From Hydrurus foetidus (taxonomy: Eukaryota), in contig UYFQ01000140.1 of NCBI GenBank assembly GCA_900617105.1, forward strand, positions 1 through 36,539: DNA of 36,539 nt, written 5' to 3'. Shown piece by piece: positions 9,883 to 28,421 of this stretch. Position 1 is the first letter of the stretch. Each line of letters opens with the position of its first letter. Both the position numbers and the translations under genes were made by a program. Under the pieces are notes generated by a model, which did no database searches, had not been told where the DNA came from, and worked only from the letters and a program-made list of their open reading frames with translations.

Positions 9883-10103
9883 CCACAATCACAATCTTTC
9901 ACTCGGTAAACTTAAAACCAATTCTGTTTGCTACCGTTTTCCTTTTCCGGATTACCGCCGAATCCCGACAGAGTATACATCAATGCAGTGTAGTGAATGG
10001 ATCGAATGTGGGTTAAAGGAAAGGAAAGAAGGATCGTCATGGTCGGTCGAGGTCGTCGTCATCGCTGGTCTTGGTCGTCATTTTCAATTTTCAGTTGGCG
10101 GGG

Positions 10104-10178
10104 TGTCGGTTGTTAACGGCTAGATGAGATTCAGTTGGATGTGGTGATATGTTGTGCAGTGTATGCAGTTCACTGACA
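10104..10178 (+). repeat. Possible short 3' LTR of the copia element
   Basis: GGCGGGG purine-rich run followed by TGTCGGT...ACTGACA (6/7 inverted termini). The partner LTR is not in the window. Confidence 0.3.
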
Positions 10179-10239
10179 TAAAGGGGTCCGGTACTCTTTT
10201 TTTTTTTTTTGAATATCAAACAACCAGGTTTTGCGTTAT

Positions 10240-12260
10240 TCTTCAGGAGTGTCAAGAATTTTAAGTAAACAAAACAGTTAACCTCGTAGAAGTAGACGCG
10301 GCATCAAGGAACTATCCAGCAAGGGTAACCTGAAACCGAAGAGGAATTTGGCTGGCGTCTGCAGCCTCCTCAAATCGACATCGGGAGTAATTTGCGCCAG
10401 CTTTTGACCTACGCATAGCTTCAAGTACAGCGTTCAGTCAGCGGTGACTTTCAGTCCATCGCGTGTTGGTGTGATTCCTGCCTACCAGGTTGGAAATGAC
10501 TGTAGGATTGACAAGATTTCACATAGCTGGATACATCACATGTGGTGATCATGTCGAATCAAGAGACGCCGTGAAAGGGATCGCCACGATATTTCCGAAG
10601 AAAGTTATCGCGACGATTAAAGAATGTAAGCATAACTGTTTCATGCCCGCTAATGCCAGTAACTAAACGACAACGATAATGTAATCACATTATTGTGCCA
10701 CTTGCTTTCAAACTAGTTGGAAGCCGCGACGAATATCTAACATGGCTGACAAATTTTCGGGAGATCCTTCCAGCTGCTGTTGCTCACACGACTTGCCCCA
10801 TCGTATGGACTGAAGATGGTAAACTGCACTGACATCATTAATGACTATCCTTCGGACACTTGAATACTCACGTGCAATATCCTAACAGAATCTGGGAAGA
10901 TGACTTACTTCGGTGGAGAAAATCAAATCTTGAAATGGTGCCGAGATGGTTCTTATTTTGATGAGAATGTCCCGTCTGCGTCATCTGCTGGAAGCGACTG
11001 CTGCAACAGCAAGACTGTGCAGGCCCACGATTTCGACTATGATTTGATCGGTAAGACGTTAAAATCACCGGTCGTCACTGAAATCCAACTATGTTTGAAA
11101 AAGACATTATGAGTGAGTTTTTCTACTGTTATAGCTGAGGGAAAAGATGTTCCTTAACGCAATACTTCACTGCATACTTTACAAAGTCAGCTAAAGATAC
11201 CATGCAATTCGATGCGTTTTGTTACGGAATATTTTTCTTATAATACTAAGTTACCGTGTAATTGTTAATTGTTTTTGAAGTTGTGACTCAGTTGAATGTG
11301 GGAATCGGGGATAAAGTATGACTAAATGCAATAATTTGATGTGCTAATCCGTGTAGTATCCATTGGAGTGACAATGAGGATTATGACAAATTACAAGATC
11401 CTTCGTACGTCTTCTTTAGTTGATGTGCGCAATTAATTCTTATAATAAACGTGGAGTCAAGAGTCATCGAATACACATGACATCTTTCTCGATGTCTTTT
11501 TTTATCTTGAAATTATGCATATTTTACCATACTCTTACTCAGGTCGCTTCACTGACGCCCACATCATATCGTGCACGGACAACAAGGTGCGTACGTATAC
11601 GTACTCAATAGTAAGAAATATAGTACACACCACATTCTCTACTGCTGCGTCCATCAACACATTCAACTCAGATTGTCTGTATCACATGATGGACTGAACT
11701 CAATGCCTCCTCGAATGGCATTTCTCACACTTGATACATTCAGACCTCGCATACGTGAAGATGTCTACCATCTTCTCTATCTACTGATCCCTTTTTATCC
11801 TACGTCTACCTTTAGAAATCCTGAGCACTCCTCATTTCCTTCCTCCCTTACCCTCTATGCACTACAACTCATTACCTCCTCTCACCCCACACGACATCAG
11901 ATCATACTATACCATTTACCATTTCTCATCCCGCCCTATATCATATCTCATGCACATTTCTACCAAATCAATCCAGGGCAAAGTCCAAGTGGTCACTGCT
12001 CACAACTTCGTCATCGCTGTGGGTGGTTGTCCTACCCCATTAGACTGTCCCGGCAGTGAACACGCCATCACGTCTGACGATTTGTTCATGCTGGTACGTC
12101 ATTGCACTCCTTCTGATCTCTTTTTCCACTGACGTTTTTTTCATCACCTGTAAACATTCTTTACGATTTCCGTGATAGCACCCACGCTTTATCATGATGA
12201 AAAGAACCCCACTTTTGATGTTATTTGACTTCATCGCCTCTCCGAAATCGTACACTAACC
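10240..12260 (+). pseudogene. Partial duplicate of the thioredoxin reductase gene, exons 1, 2, 3, 8 and 9: 10496-10625, 10717-10818, 10889-11050, 11543-11586, 11977-12093
   Basis: Near-identical to ~15340-16280 and similar to ~18300-19120. Exons 4-7 and 10-19 are absent, exon 3 has a 9-nt deletion at its end, and splice sites and frame are retained. Confidence 0.9.
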
Positions 12261-12269
12261 CCTTTCAGT

Positions 12270-12385
12270 AATAACGGTATAATTCAGCCAAACCCTGCTG
12301 AACTTTACCGTTTATTCCACCCAGTTAATCATGCCGTATGCACCCCCCTCTCTGCCCTTCACTGTCCCTTGCACTACCTCTAGAT
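12270..12385 (+). repeat. Short dispersed repeat, copy 1, ending CACTACCTCTAG
   Basis: Shares ATTCAGCCAAA..CTGC.GAACTTTACCGT.TATTCCACCC and TGTCCCT..CACTACCTCTAGAT with 23190-23295. Confidence 0.75.
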
Positions 12386-12398
12386 ATTCAGATTGTGT

Positions 12399-14149
12399 AT
12401 GCGATCACAGATAAACCTCTGTGATTGCATTTACTGCCAGAAGATAGAGATAAATTACAGCAAACTCAACTGCGCTCCTATAGCAGCATCGAAATATCCC
12501 AGAAGGATACTCACTGCAGTAGCTCTGCTCATGGCATTCAGCCTCGTAGCTCTGGATCTGAGCTGTATCCCACCTTTACATTTGTATGGAATGAAATACT
12601 CCGTAACGCCATATAAAAGAAGGCTTCAAGGTAGTTGCTAAAATACGACTCGTTTTTATTTTTATGCTTTGCTCTTATTTGACTTCTTTGATTGATTTAT
12701 CCTAACACGTATTGCGCACTCTTTCCGTCATTAAAATCTGACCAATATATCAACACTGCAATGCATGTCAAAACTTGATACTTCTGTTTTAGCATTTGTA
12801 TTTCTCTTTCGTGACGCTCAATACGTGGCAGACGTAAATCAAATTTCTGGTAATTTATCATTGCAGTCCACTTAATCTTGCCCTCTCTTGCCGCTGAAAA
12901 GAAAAACTCGAGTATACAGTCACTCTAATTGAATTACTGAACACACAGTATACTAAATATTCTACACAAATGATCTCTGTATGACTGACAAAATGCGCCC
13001 ATATATCCCTTACATCTTACAGGCTTACGAGATCAGTCTACGAAAAAAATCGCTGGAAATAAAGAAGAAAAAAATCCCTGCACACCCGAGAACAACTTTT
13101 TATCCGTGACAAGGAGTATGCAAAATACGGATTTCATGAGGAAATCCGTTACAACGGCACCACTTGCAAAACTGCCACTTCGTAAAGCTGATCGCATTCA
13201 CTGTTCTCAACTGGTCGATAAAATGAATAGCGTACCAGTGTATTGGATAAATTTAGAAAAATCTTCTGGAAGGCGTGAATATTTTGAAAATCAAATGAAG
13301 GCTATGGGCATCATTAACCGTAGGGTGGTGGCCGTTACACCGCATGATGAAGTCGTGCGTAGCAGCTCCGTACAAGTCGCGTCTAAGGTGAAGCACACGG
13401 ATGCGGAGTTGAGCTGTTTAATATCTCATCTACTGGCGATTCATAAAGCTGTTTACGACACTGCCAGTTCAACGAGAAACAATCCGTATGCGATCATCAC
13501 AGAAGACGATATTGAATTCGAAATGGATGTCGACTTTTTAACACTAGCACAGAATGCACCTGTTGGTTTTGGTGTGCTTCAACTCACGACATCAAGTGGG
13601 ACTGCCGTAGATTCTTTCTGGGAGAAATACAAAATAGATATTGATAGAAAAGTGAAAAATAATGTCAATTTTTCGAAATCCCAATTTCCCAGTACTTTAT
13701 TATGGAATAGAAGAGTGTACGACTCGCCTTTCTGGTCCTGTCAGGCATATCTGATTAACAAACAAGTGGTGCGGAAGTTCATCGATAGAGTTGTGTCTTA
13801 CAACGTCACTACGGGAAATTACACAGTGAACATTGTAAATCCCTCATTTATATTATTTCCTTGTGACGATGGTGAGATTTGTAAACTACCGTACAGAATC
13901 GTTAGTGAAACGTACATCTACTCAGGATGCCATCCATCCTACATCACTAGAGTACCCATTTTTAATGGATCGCCTGCAGGGCAAAATACAACAATTCATA
14001 AAAGAAAGAATAATGATCTGTCCCACGCAAAGAACTTTGCTCAGATTGAAAATGTTCTGCAGAATGTCAGGGAACATGCTCACATTCTTCCACCATACAT
14101 CAGAGTTAAGAAATGCAATGCACCAGCCGCATCTGCGTCATGCAGTTAG
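12399..14149 (+). CDS. Glycosyltransferase family 25-like protein; exons ~12399-12630 (hydrophobic anchor), optional 12793-12849, and 13023-14149
   Basis: PVYWINLEKSSGRR, ELSCLISHLLAI and YAIITEDD are typical GT25 motifs. The upstream exon with RILTAVALLMAFSLVAL joins in phase 1 through GT-AG sites. Confidence 0.8.
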
Positions 14150-14402
14150 TTTATCGATATACGAATATATCTAGCCGAATAAATAGGACAAGCGAAGAAT
14201 CTAATCACGTACGTACTGGTCAGATACACTTCAATTCGCCCGTACTGTACTGTACCGTTCTTCAACAAACGTGCGTACTTTCTACTGCACGCTTTCATAG
14301 CATTTTGTACTTTATTTGTGTGAATTTTTAATGGGCTTCTTTTTGATTTTTGTCGTTCAAAAACACTTAAACTATTGATCATCATCTTAGCCGTGTGGTT
14401 CC

Positions 14403-14457
14403 TTGTTCCGGCTTGTAGGTATATTAGTGCAACTAATATACCTACAAGCCGGAACAA
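14403..14457. repeat. Perfect hairpin with a 26-bp stem and 3-nt loop
   Basis: TTGTTCCGGCTTGTAGGTATATTAGT-GCA-ACTAATATACCTACAAGCCGGAACAA. Confidence 0.9.
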
Positions 14458-15578
14458 AAAATAACAGACGCGGTCAGAATAATTCTGGGCAATCATCTAT
14501 CTAGGGACATCTCTTTCAAGTGAAGATTTGATGAACACTGCCTTCAGCAACAATTCATTACTATTTGTTAACTATCGCATCCATCCGACAGTGTTGTTTT
14601 GTAATGACTTGTTAAATTTATCTGGATATTTGGACATTTTTTGTAGTCATGTACGAAAGTCTCCGAAACACGTACGATACAATATTTGAATTAGTTATTA
14701 TGTCCGTACAGTGCAGTACGTACAGGCCTGATGAATGACGGTTGGGAACCAGCGTCTTTTTTAACCGCCATTCTTGACGTGAAACAGTTATCTTCGGGAG
14801 TACGTATTACTTCGTAATTCTATAGATATCAATTGGACGAACTCAAATTGTGGATGGAGCCAATTATTATCGATCAGACCTGTTGCTGTTCGGAGTTAAG
14901 CATTCTTACTGACGGATGGCATTCTAACGCACTCTCCTTCTTCACAATTGAGCAGACTTAGCACCAAAGTTTTCACTTTTTCAATTATACAACATCGAGC
15001 TATGCAATATCTATTGCTGCAAAAACGAATGGTTGGTGAGGTCCTCCGATAGGAAGACTCCTCAATTCGGAATTACTTCCAACTTCCAAGACGAGCAAGG
15101 CATTCCCTTAGAGAAGTACAGGAGAAACAAGATGTATGGATATTCGATTCGAAATAGTTTTGTAGAAAAAGGTGATTGAAACCAGTTTACAAACTTTAAT
15201 TCTTTTTGAAATTCTCCCACCTCCCACATAGTCCTCAAAACATTTAACCGGATAGACTCTGTTGCGGCCACTCCGGTAGTTACGGTTGGTTCGTTCTGCT
15301 GTAATACAGATTCGATTCGATTCAGGGATTCCTCGGACTTCAGAGAGTCAAGAAGTCGAACCAAACCCCATAGGAGTCGCTGCGGCATCAATTATCCCGG
15401 GAGGGTAACATAAAAAAATCGAAAAGGAATTTGGCTTGCATCCGCTGCCTCCTCAAATCGACATCGGGAGTAATTTGCGCCAGCTTTTAACCTGCGCATA
15501 GCTTCAAGTGCAGCGTTCAGTCAGCGGTGACTTTCAGTCCATCGCGTGTTGGTGTGATTCCTGCCTACCAGGTTGGAA

Positions 15579-23960
<8,382 letters not shown>

Positions 23961-24242
23961 GCCTTAAACGTCCCCAACACAAACAGAGGCACGTACAGAC
24001 TTGACAACGTACGTACGAAGAGTGTTGTTGAATGTCCATACGGTTGTTGTGACGGTACGTACGTACGTGTGTACGTGCTGATGTTGAGTGGGGGTTGTTT
24101 AAGGCAAAGTGCAATCTTCCCCTTCCCCATTCTCCGTGAGAATGAGGAGGAGAGAAGATTCAAGTAATGTTGAAGTTGAAGTTGGAGTTGAAAATTTCGC
24201 TGTATGGATTCTGGTACCAATTCCAGAACACGCCCATAAGTG

Positions 24243-24327
24243 GCGCAGTCGTTTTGAATGACGAATAAACTGAAAATTAGTGCTATTTCGCACTTTTTTT
24301 AGGAAATTCCGAGAAAAACAGCTGCGT
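24243..24327 (+). promoter_or_regulatory. Candidate SECIS element (form 2-like) in the TrxR 3' UTR
   Basis: Helix I GCGCAG-TC-GTTTT / AAAAC-AG-CTGCGT; core ATGA (24258) / GA (24311); AA 11 nt after ATGA; apical mini-helix AGTGC/GCACT; lies ~290 nt after the UGA. Confidence 0.65.
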
Positions 24328-25072
24328 AATATTTTGAGATGAAGGCTGGGTTTTTAAGATGATGTTATTATATGAATGAAACTGATTCGGATGGGACTGA
24401 ATCAAAGTAGTCGAATCTGACGTCCAAACAATTTGAATTATTGAGCGCATCGTATTGAGCAGTAACGCCGAATTTGTTTGACATATAAATAGGAGTTAAA
24501 CGTTAATTGTGAGAAACTAAAATATAAAACATGCATAAGTAAGTTAGTAAGCGGCCTCCCGAATTTGAAATTTTGAATCACGAGCATAGACTTTTTTCGT
24601 GTTTTTCATTTAATTTGAAATCGAAAATAACGAAATAATATTTCATATACATTATACATGCATGTATAATTTTTTCGTCCAGCGCTTGGAAATGATTTCT
24701 TGGCTGGCAGGTCATCAACCATAAATGAAAATATTCATTTACTTCCCTCCGTTGTCACAACAACTTCAAAAAAGTCCGTTGAAAATATTTCAAATCTGTT
24801 TATTATTGATTCACTGAAATTACACAAAACAGCTCAGAATAAAAAGAAGTTATTTCTGAAATGAAGTCAGTGAGAATAAAACACGTGTCGAGTTTAATGA
24901 AGAACTCACAAAGTTATAATGGAAAAAAAACATAATTTCTTTTTCATTGAAAAAGTACGACAAAAATATTCATGATTTATTAAAACAATATTGATATTTA
25001 AACAATTACTTTTGGATAAGTTGACAAACAGAGTAACACACAGAAAAGCTACATACATGCATTAATAACTGA

Positions 25073-27398
25073 CTATATCATTGATGAGTTATGCCTGCAA
25101 TGTCTTTCCAAAATTGTTTTTTTCTCAATTCCTCTTGACGATTCGGGAGAAAAAGACTTATTTCTTTCGTGACTGTCATTATCTTTCATTTGTTTGTTGG
25201 ACTTTCCTATTCTCTCATCATGTCTGACATTTTTACGAGAGTTCGGTGACGCATCATTATTTCCATCTCGACCTGATAGGATGTCTTTGCGACTCAATAA
25301 GAGGTTTTGAATCTCTCGATTCGGTGCCGTGTCAGAGTTATCTCTTCTCTGTGTCGTACGACCGTCACCATCAGTCAAATCATCTCTGTACTTACCCTTG
25401 TTTACCTCCACCCCTCTTCTCTCGCCCTTCGAATAGCTCTCTCTTTCATTCACATTCCCACCTCTTCTGTGACTGTCTCGCTGCGCGGTGTACTTCCACC
25501 CTGTTTGTCTCTCATCATCTCCGTTGCTGTCATTCTCATTATCACTGTCACTCTTTGCCAGACGTCTACTGAACAATCCGTACGAACCTTCCTCCTTAAA
25601 GGACCGACTACGCGACTCTACCTCTTTTCGCTTCCTCTTTTCCTTCTCTTTTTTGTCACTGCTCCTTTGCATAAGTGAGGCCAGAAACCGTTTAAAAGAT
25701 GCGGTTGATTTGAATATAGCGAAGGAGCAACCAAAGCACTGCATCCATCCATCTCTGTCTCCCTCTGATTCAGTTGGTGATGATGGGATGGGAATAGGTA
25801 GAGCACGACTGCGTAACTTGTCATTATCGCATGCCATCTTAGTCGCTTGTGAGTCACTTAAGAAACTTGACGTATAGAGGGCGTGGCCTGTGTAGTCCTT
25901 CTCCCCCCTGTCATCACCCACCCACGCACCACCCATCCCAATCCCGTTCCCCATCCCACTGCTTGTATTATTGGTCATATTGTTCTCACTTGTCATTCCA
26001 TGCACTAGTACTACAGTGCCGAGTTTCAGGACGGCACTGAGTTTTAGTATACCTCCCTCTTGCACGTGACGATTTACTTCTTCTCGACTCGCAAAACTAG
26101 AAAACACAAAATATTGATACAAAAAAATCAGATAAACGGATCAGAACGGCAATTTCACGAACAATTTTGTAGCTCTTCTGTCAATTGCAGACAATTTAGA
26201 GTTACAAGTAGTACAGTAAAGAAAAAGTGAAAATACATAAAAAATCGAGTGAGAATGACGTTGCAAAGTAAAGTATGTTGGAACAAGAGGAACACAAAAA
26301 GTTGGAAGTAAAACAATGCTGGCATTCATGAATAAATTGCAATTACGTACTTGACAAATCCTCGAATGGTTCTCGCGTTTATACCGAAAACATACGGCTC
26401 TTCCCGTGTTTTCGATAACGGAAAAGCAAACGGGTGATGTAGTTTAAAAGTACATTTAAATTGTATAGACGCAATTTGGGGCTGATGCAAGGACATCAAG
26501 AACCCTACGAAATAAAAAGGTGAATATATATTAGAATAATGAGGTATTTCAAAATCATCTTCTGTATTCTGTATTTTGACACACCGTAGTTCTCCGATCC
26601 ATTATGACCGAATATAAAATTCCAGCACTGGTCTGCATAACTAAATGTGTTGCTCTCATATACTGGCTTTGAGAGATCGAAGTTAGCAATCTGTCATAGA
26701 AGAAAACGAGACGTTGTTGAGGAAATCATAACACGTACTCAGATTCTTCACATCATATTTACCTCCCAGAATATCTCTTTCGTGTTATTCGTGCTGTTAC
26801 TATTTAAATTATTTGTTACGACTGTTGACGAAGGCGGTTTGATGGTTGCTGGAATTTTACTGGCTGTCGGTATGGACGACCGAGCATCATCGATTTCTTT
26901 CTTCTGATCGCTTTCTACGTAGGTCTTTCTTTTCATTTGAGAGTCAACGGACGCGGGAATGTCGATTATACCACTCGTCGTACTACCATTAACAGCATTC
27001 AATCTTATCGAAGGCGGTCTCTCCACTACAGCCTTCCCTGCCCTAGATCGACTCCCTTTGCTCTTCCCCTCAACAACATTAAGTTTCGCTACCCCTGATC
27101 TGCTACCGCTTGTCCCTCCAGTATCAGCTTTGAAAGCATTACCCTTAGCGTCTGTACTCTTCAAATCTCCTCCTCGAGATTTCGATACCTTCGATGCTCC
27201 TTTGGAGCGCAGAATATCTGGACTGTTCATAGTCGTCATTTGCGTTATCTCCGTGTTATCCATTGTGGGATTGGTATTGGCAGAGCTTATCATGCCAATA
27301 GTCTTCATGAATAGAGATCCTTTCCCCACTTTATTGACGATCTCAGTTTGTGTGACATCGTTCGCGACTTTCTTGGTTTTCTTCTTGAAGATATTCAT
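25073..27398 (-). CDS. MATH/TRAF-like domain protein A (~639 aa); exons 27398-26763, 26690-26585, 26504-26351, 26096-25073
   Basis: Spliced: IFWEIANFDLSKPVYESNTFSYADQCWNFIFG...RGFVNFASREEVNRHVQEGGILKLSAVLKL, matching the MATH pattern W.I.NF...S..F....W / GF..F; GT-AG sites with consistent phases; start codon uncertain. Confidence 0.8.
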
Positions 27399-28421
27399 CA
27401 GGAAGAGATTCGTCACAACCGAAACCAGACTATTTCTCACGCAGCTTTTTTCATCCACAGAAATTGGAGCCCGAATACAGAGCCCATAATTCCAATCAAC
27501 GCGATTTGTTTGTTTACCAAATTGCTGATTCGTGGAGTATATAAAGCAGGCACTATGCGGCGAAATTCACTTATTCCAGGATTCACCTATTCAAGTCTGT
27601 ATGCGAATCGGCAGTATTGCAAATTAACGCAACAAAAAAGTGACATGAAAATGATTACACTCCTTTCAACGTAACGCCAACCGGTTTTTAAAAATCCATG
27701 AAACCCTGATCTCATTTATTTGGTACTTTAGAAATATGAACTGTCTACGTTGACTATTAAACTTGTATAAGAATTGGACAGTTACATTACTAATGCAATA
27801 GAACATACCTGGTATGTAGTCTATTCTCCTGAATCTGTACGGTATGCATCCAACTGAGGTTTGCAGTGATTTAAAACCGTGTATAGATTTAAAACCGTGT
27901 ATAGAGCATGACCACCATTTTCAATGAACGGTCAGTCGATAGCATTATCATACTAATCGTGAACGCAATTTCCACTAAAGGTAGCAATCAAAATTGACTG
28001 TCTGATTCTAATTCGTGCTGTCTTGAACACTGAACATACCGTGCGCGTACATTCATGCACTGTACTCTGTCCAGCACTGCACGTACACTGTACGTTGTAG
28101 ATGGTGCAATCAATGCATTTTGAGGGGAACAGCGTGTACTGTGAGGTAGATCAATCGACCAATTTTTCCTTTAGAGTCTTTCAATAGTAAGATGAAGCGA
28201 TCCACTATCCTTTTGCAAATACGAATTATTCTTATTTAACATGAACGAATTATTTTTCTTTGATATGTGCGTATTATTCTTATTCAACATGTACGTACTA
28301 TTTTTGTTTAGCATGTTCTTAAGACACCCGCAGATAACTCACGTCGCGTCACATGTATCGTCTAATACTTGCTATGCTATGATTTAAATTGATGTGGTGG
28401 GATACGATTCGCAGCAGTATA

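Noticed and set aside
15062..15391. 109-aa minus-strand ORF divergent from TrxR
   Set aside because: No recognisable motif, non-ATG start, and I could not build a consistent spliced continuation; at most a decayed fragment.
24049..24085. GTGAC...TGAT hairpin as an alternative SECIS
   Set aside because: It is made of TACG microsatellite-like sequence, lacks the apical AA, and its pairing register does not give tandem G.A pairs.
27868..27905. 18-bp direct repeat GATTTAAAACCGTGTATA x2
   Set aside because: Simple local slippage duplication with no associated element.
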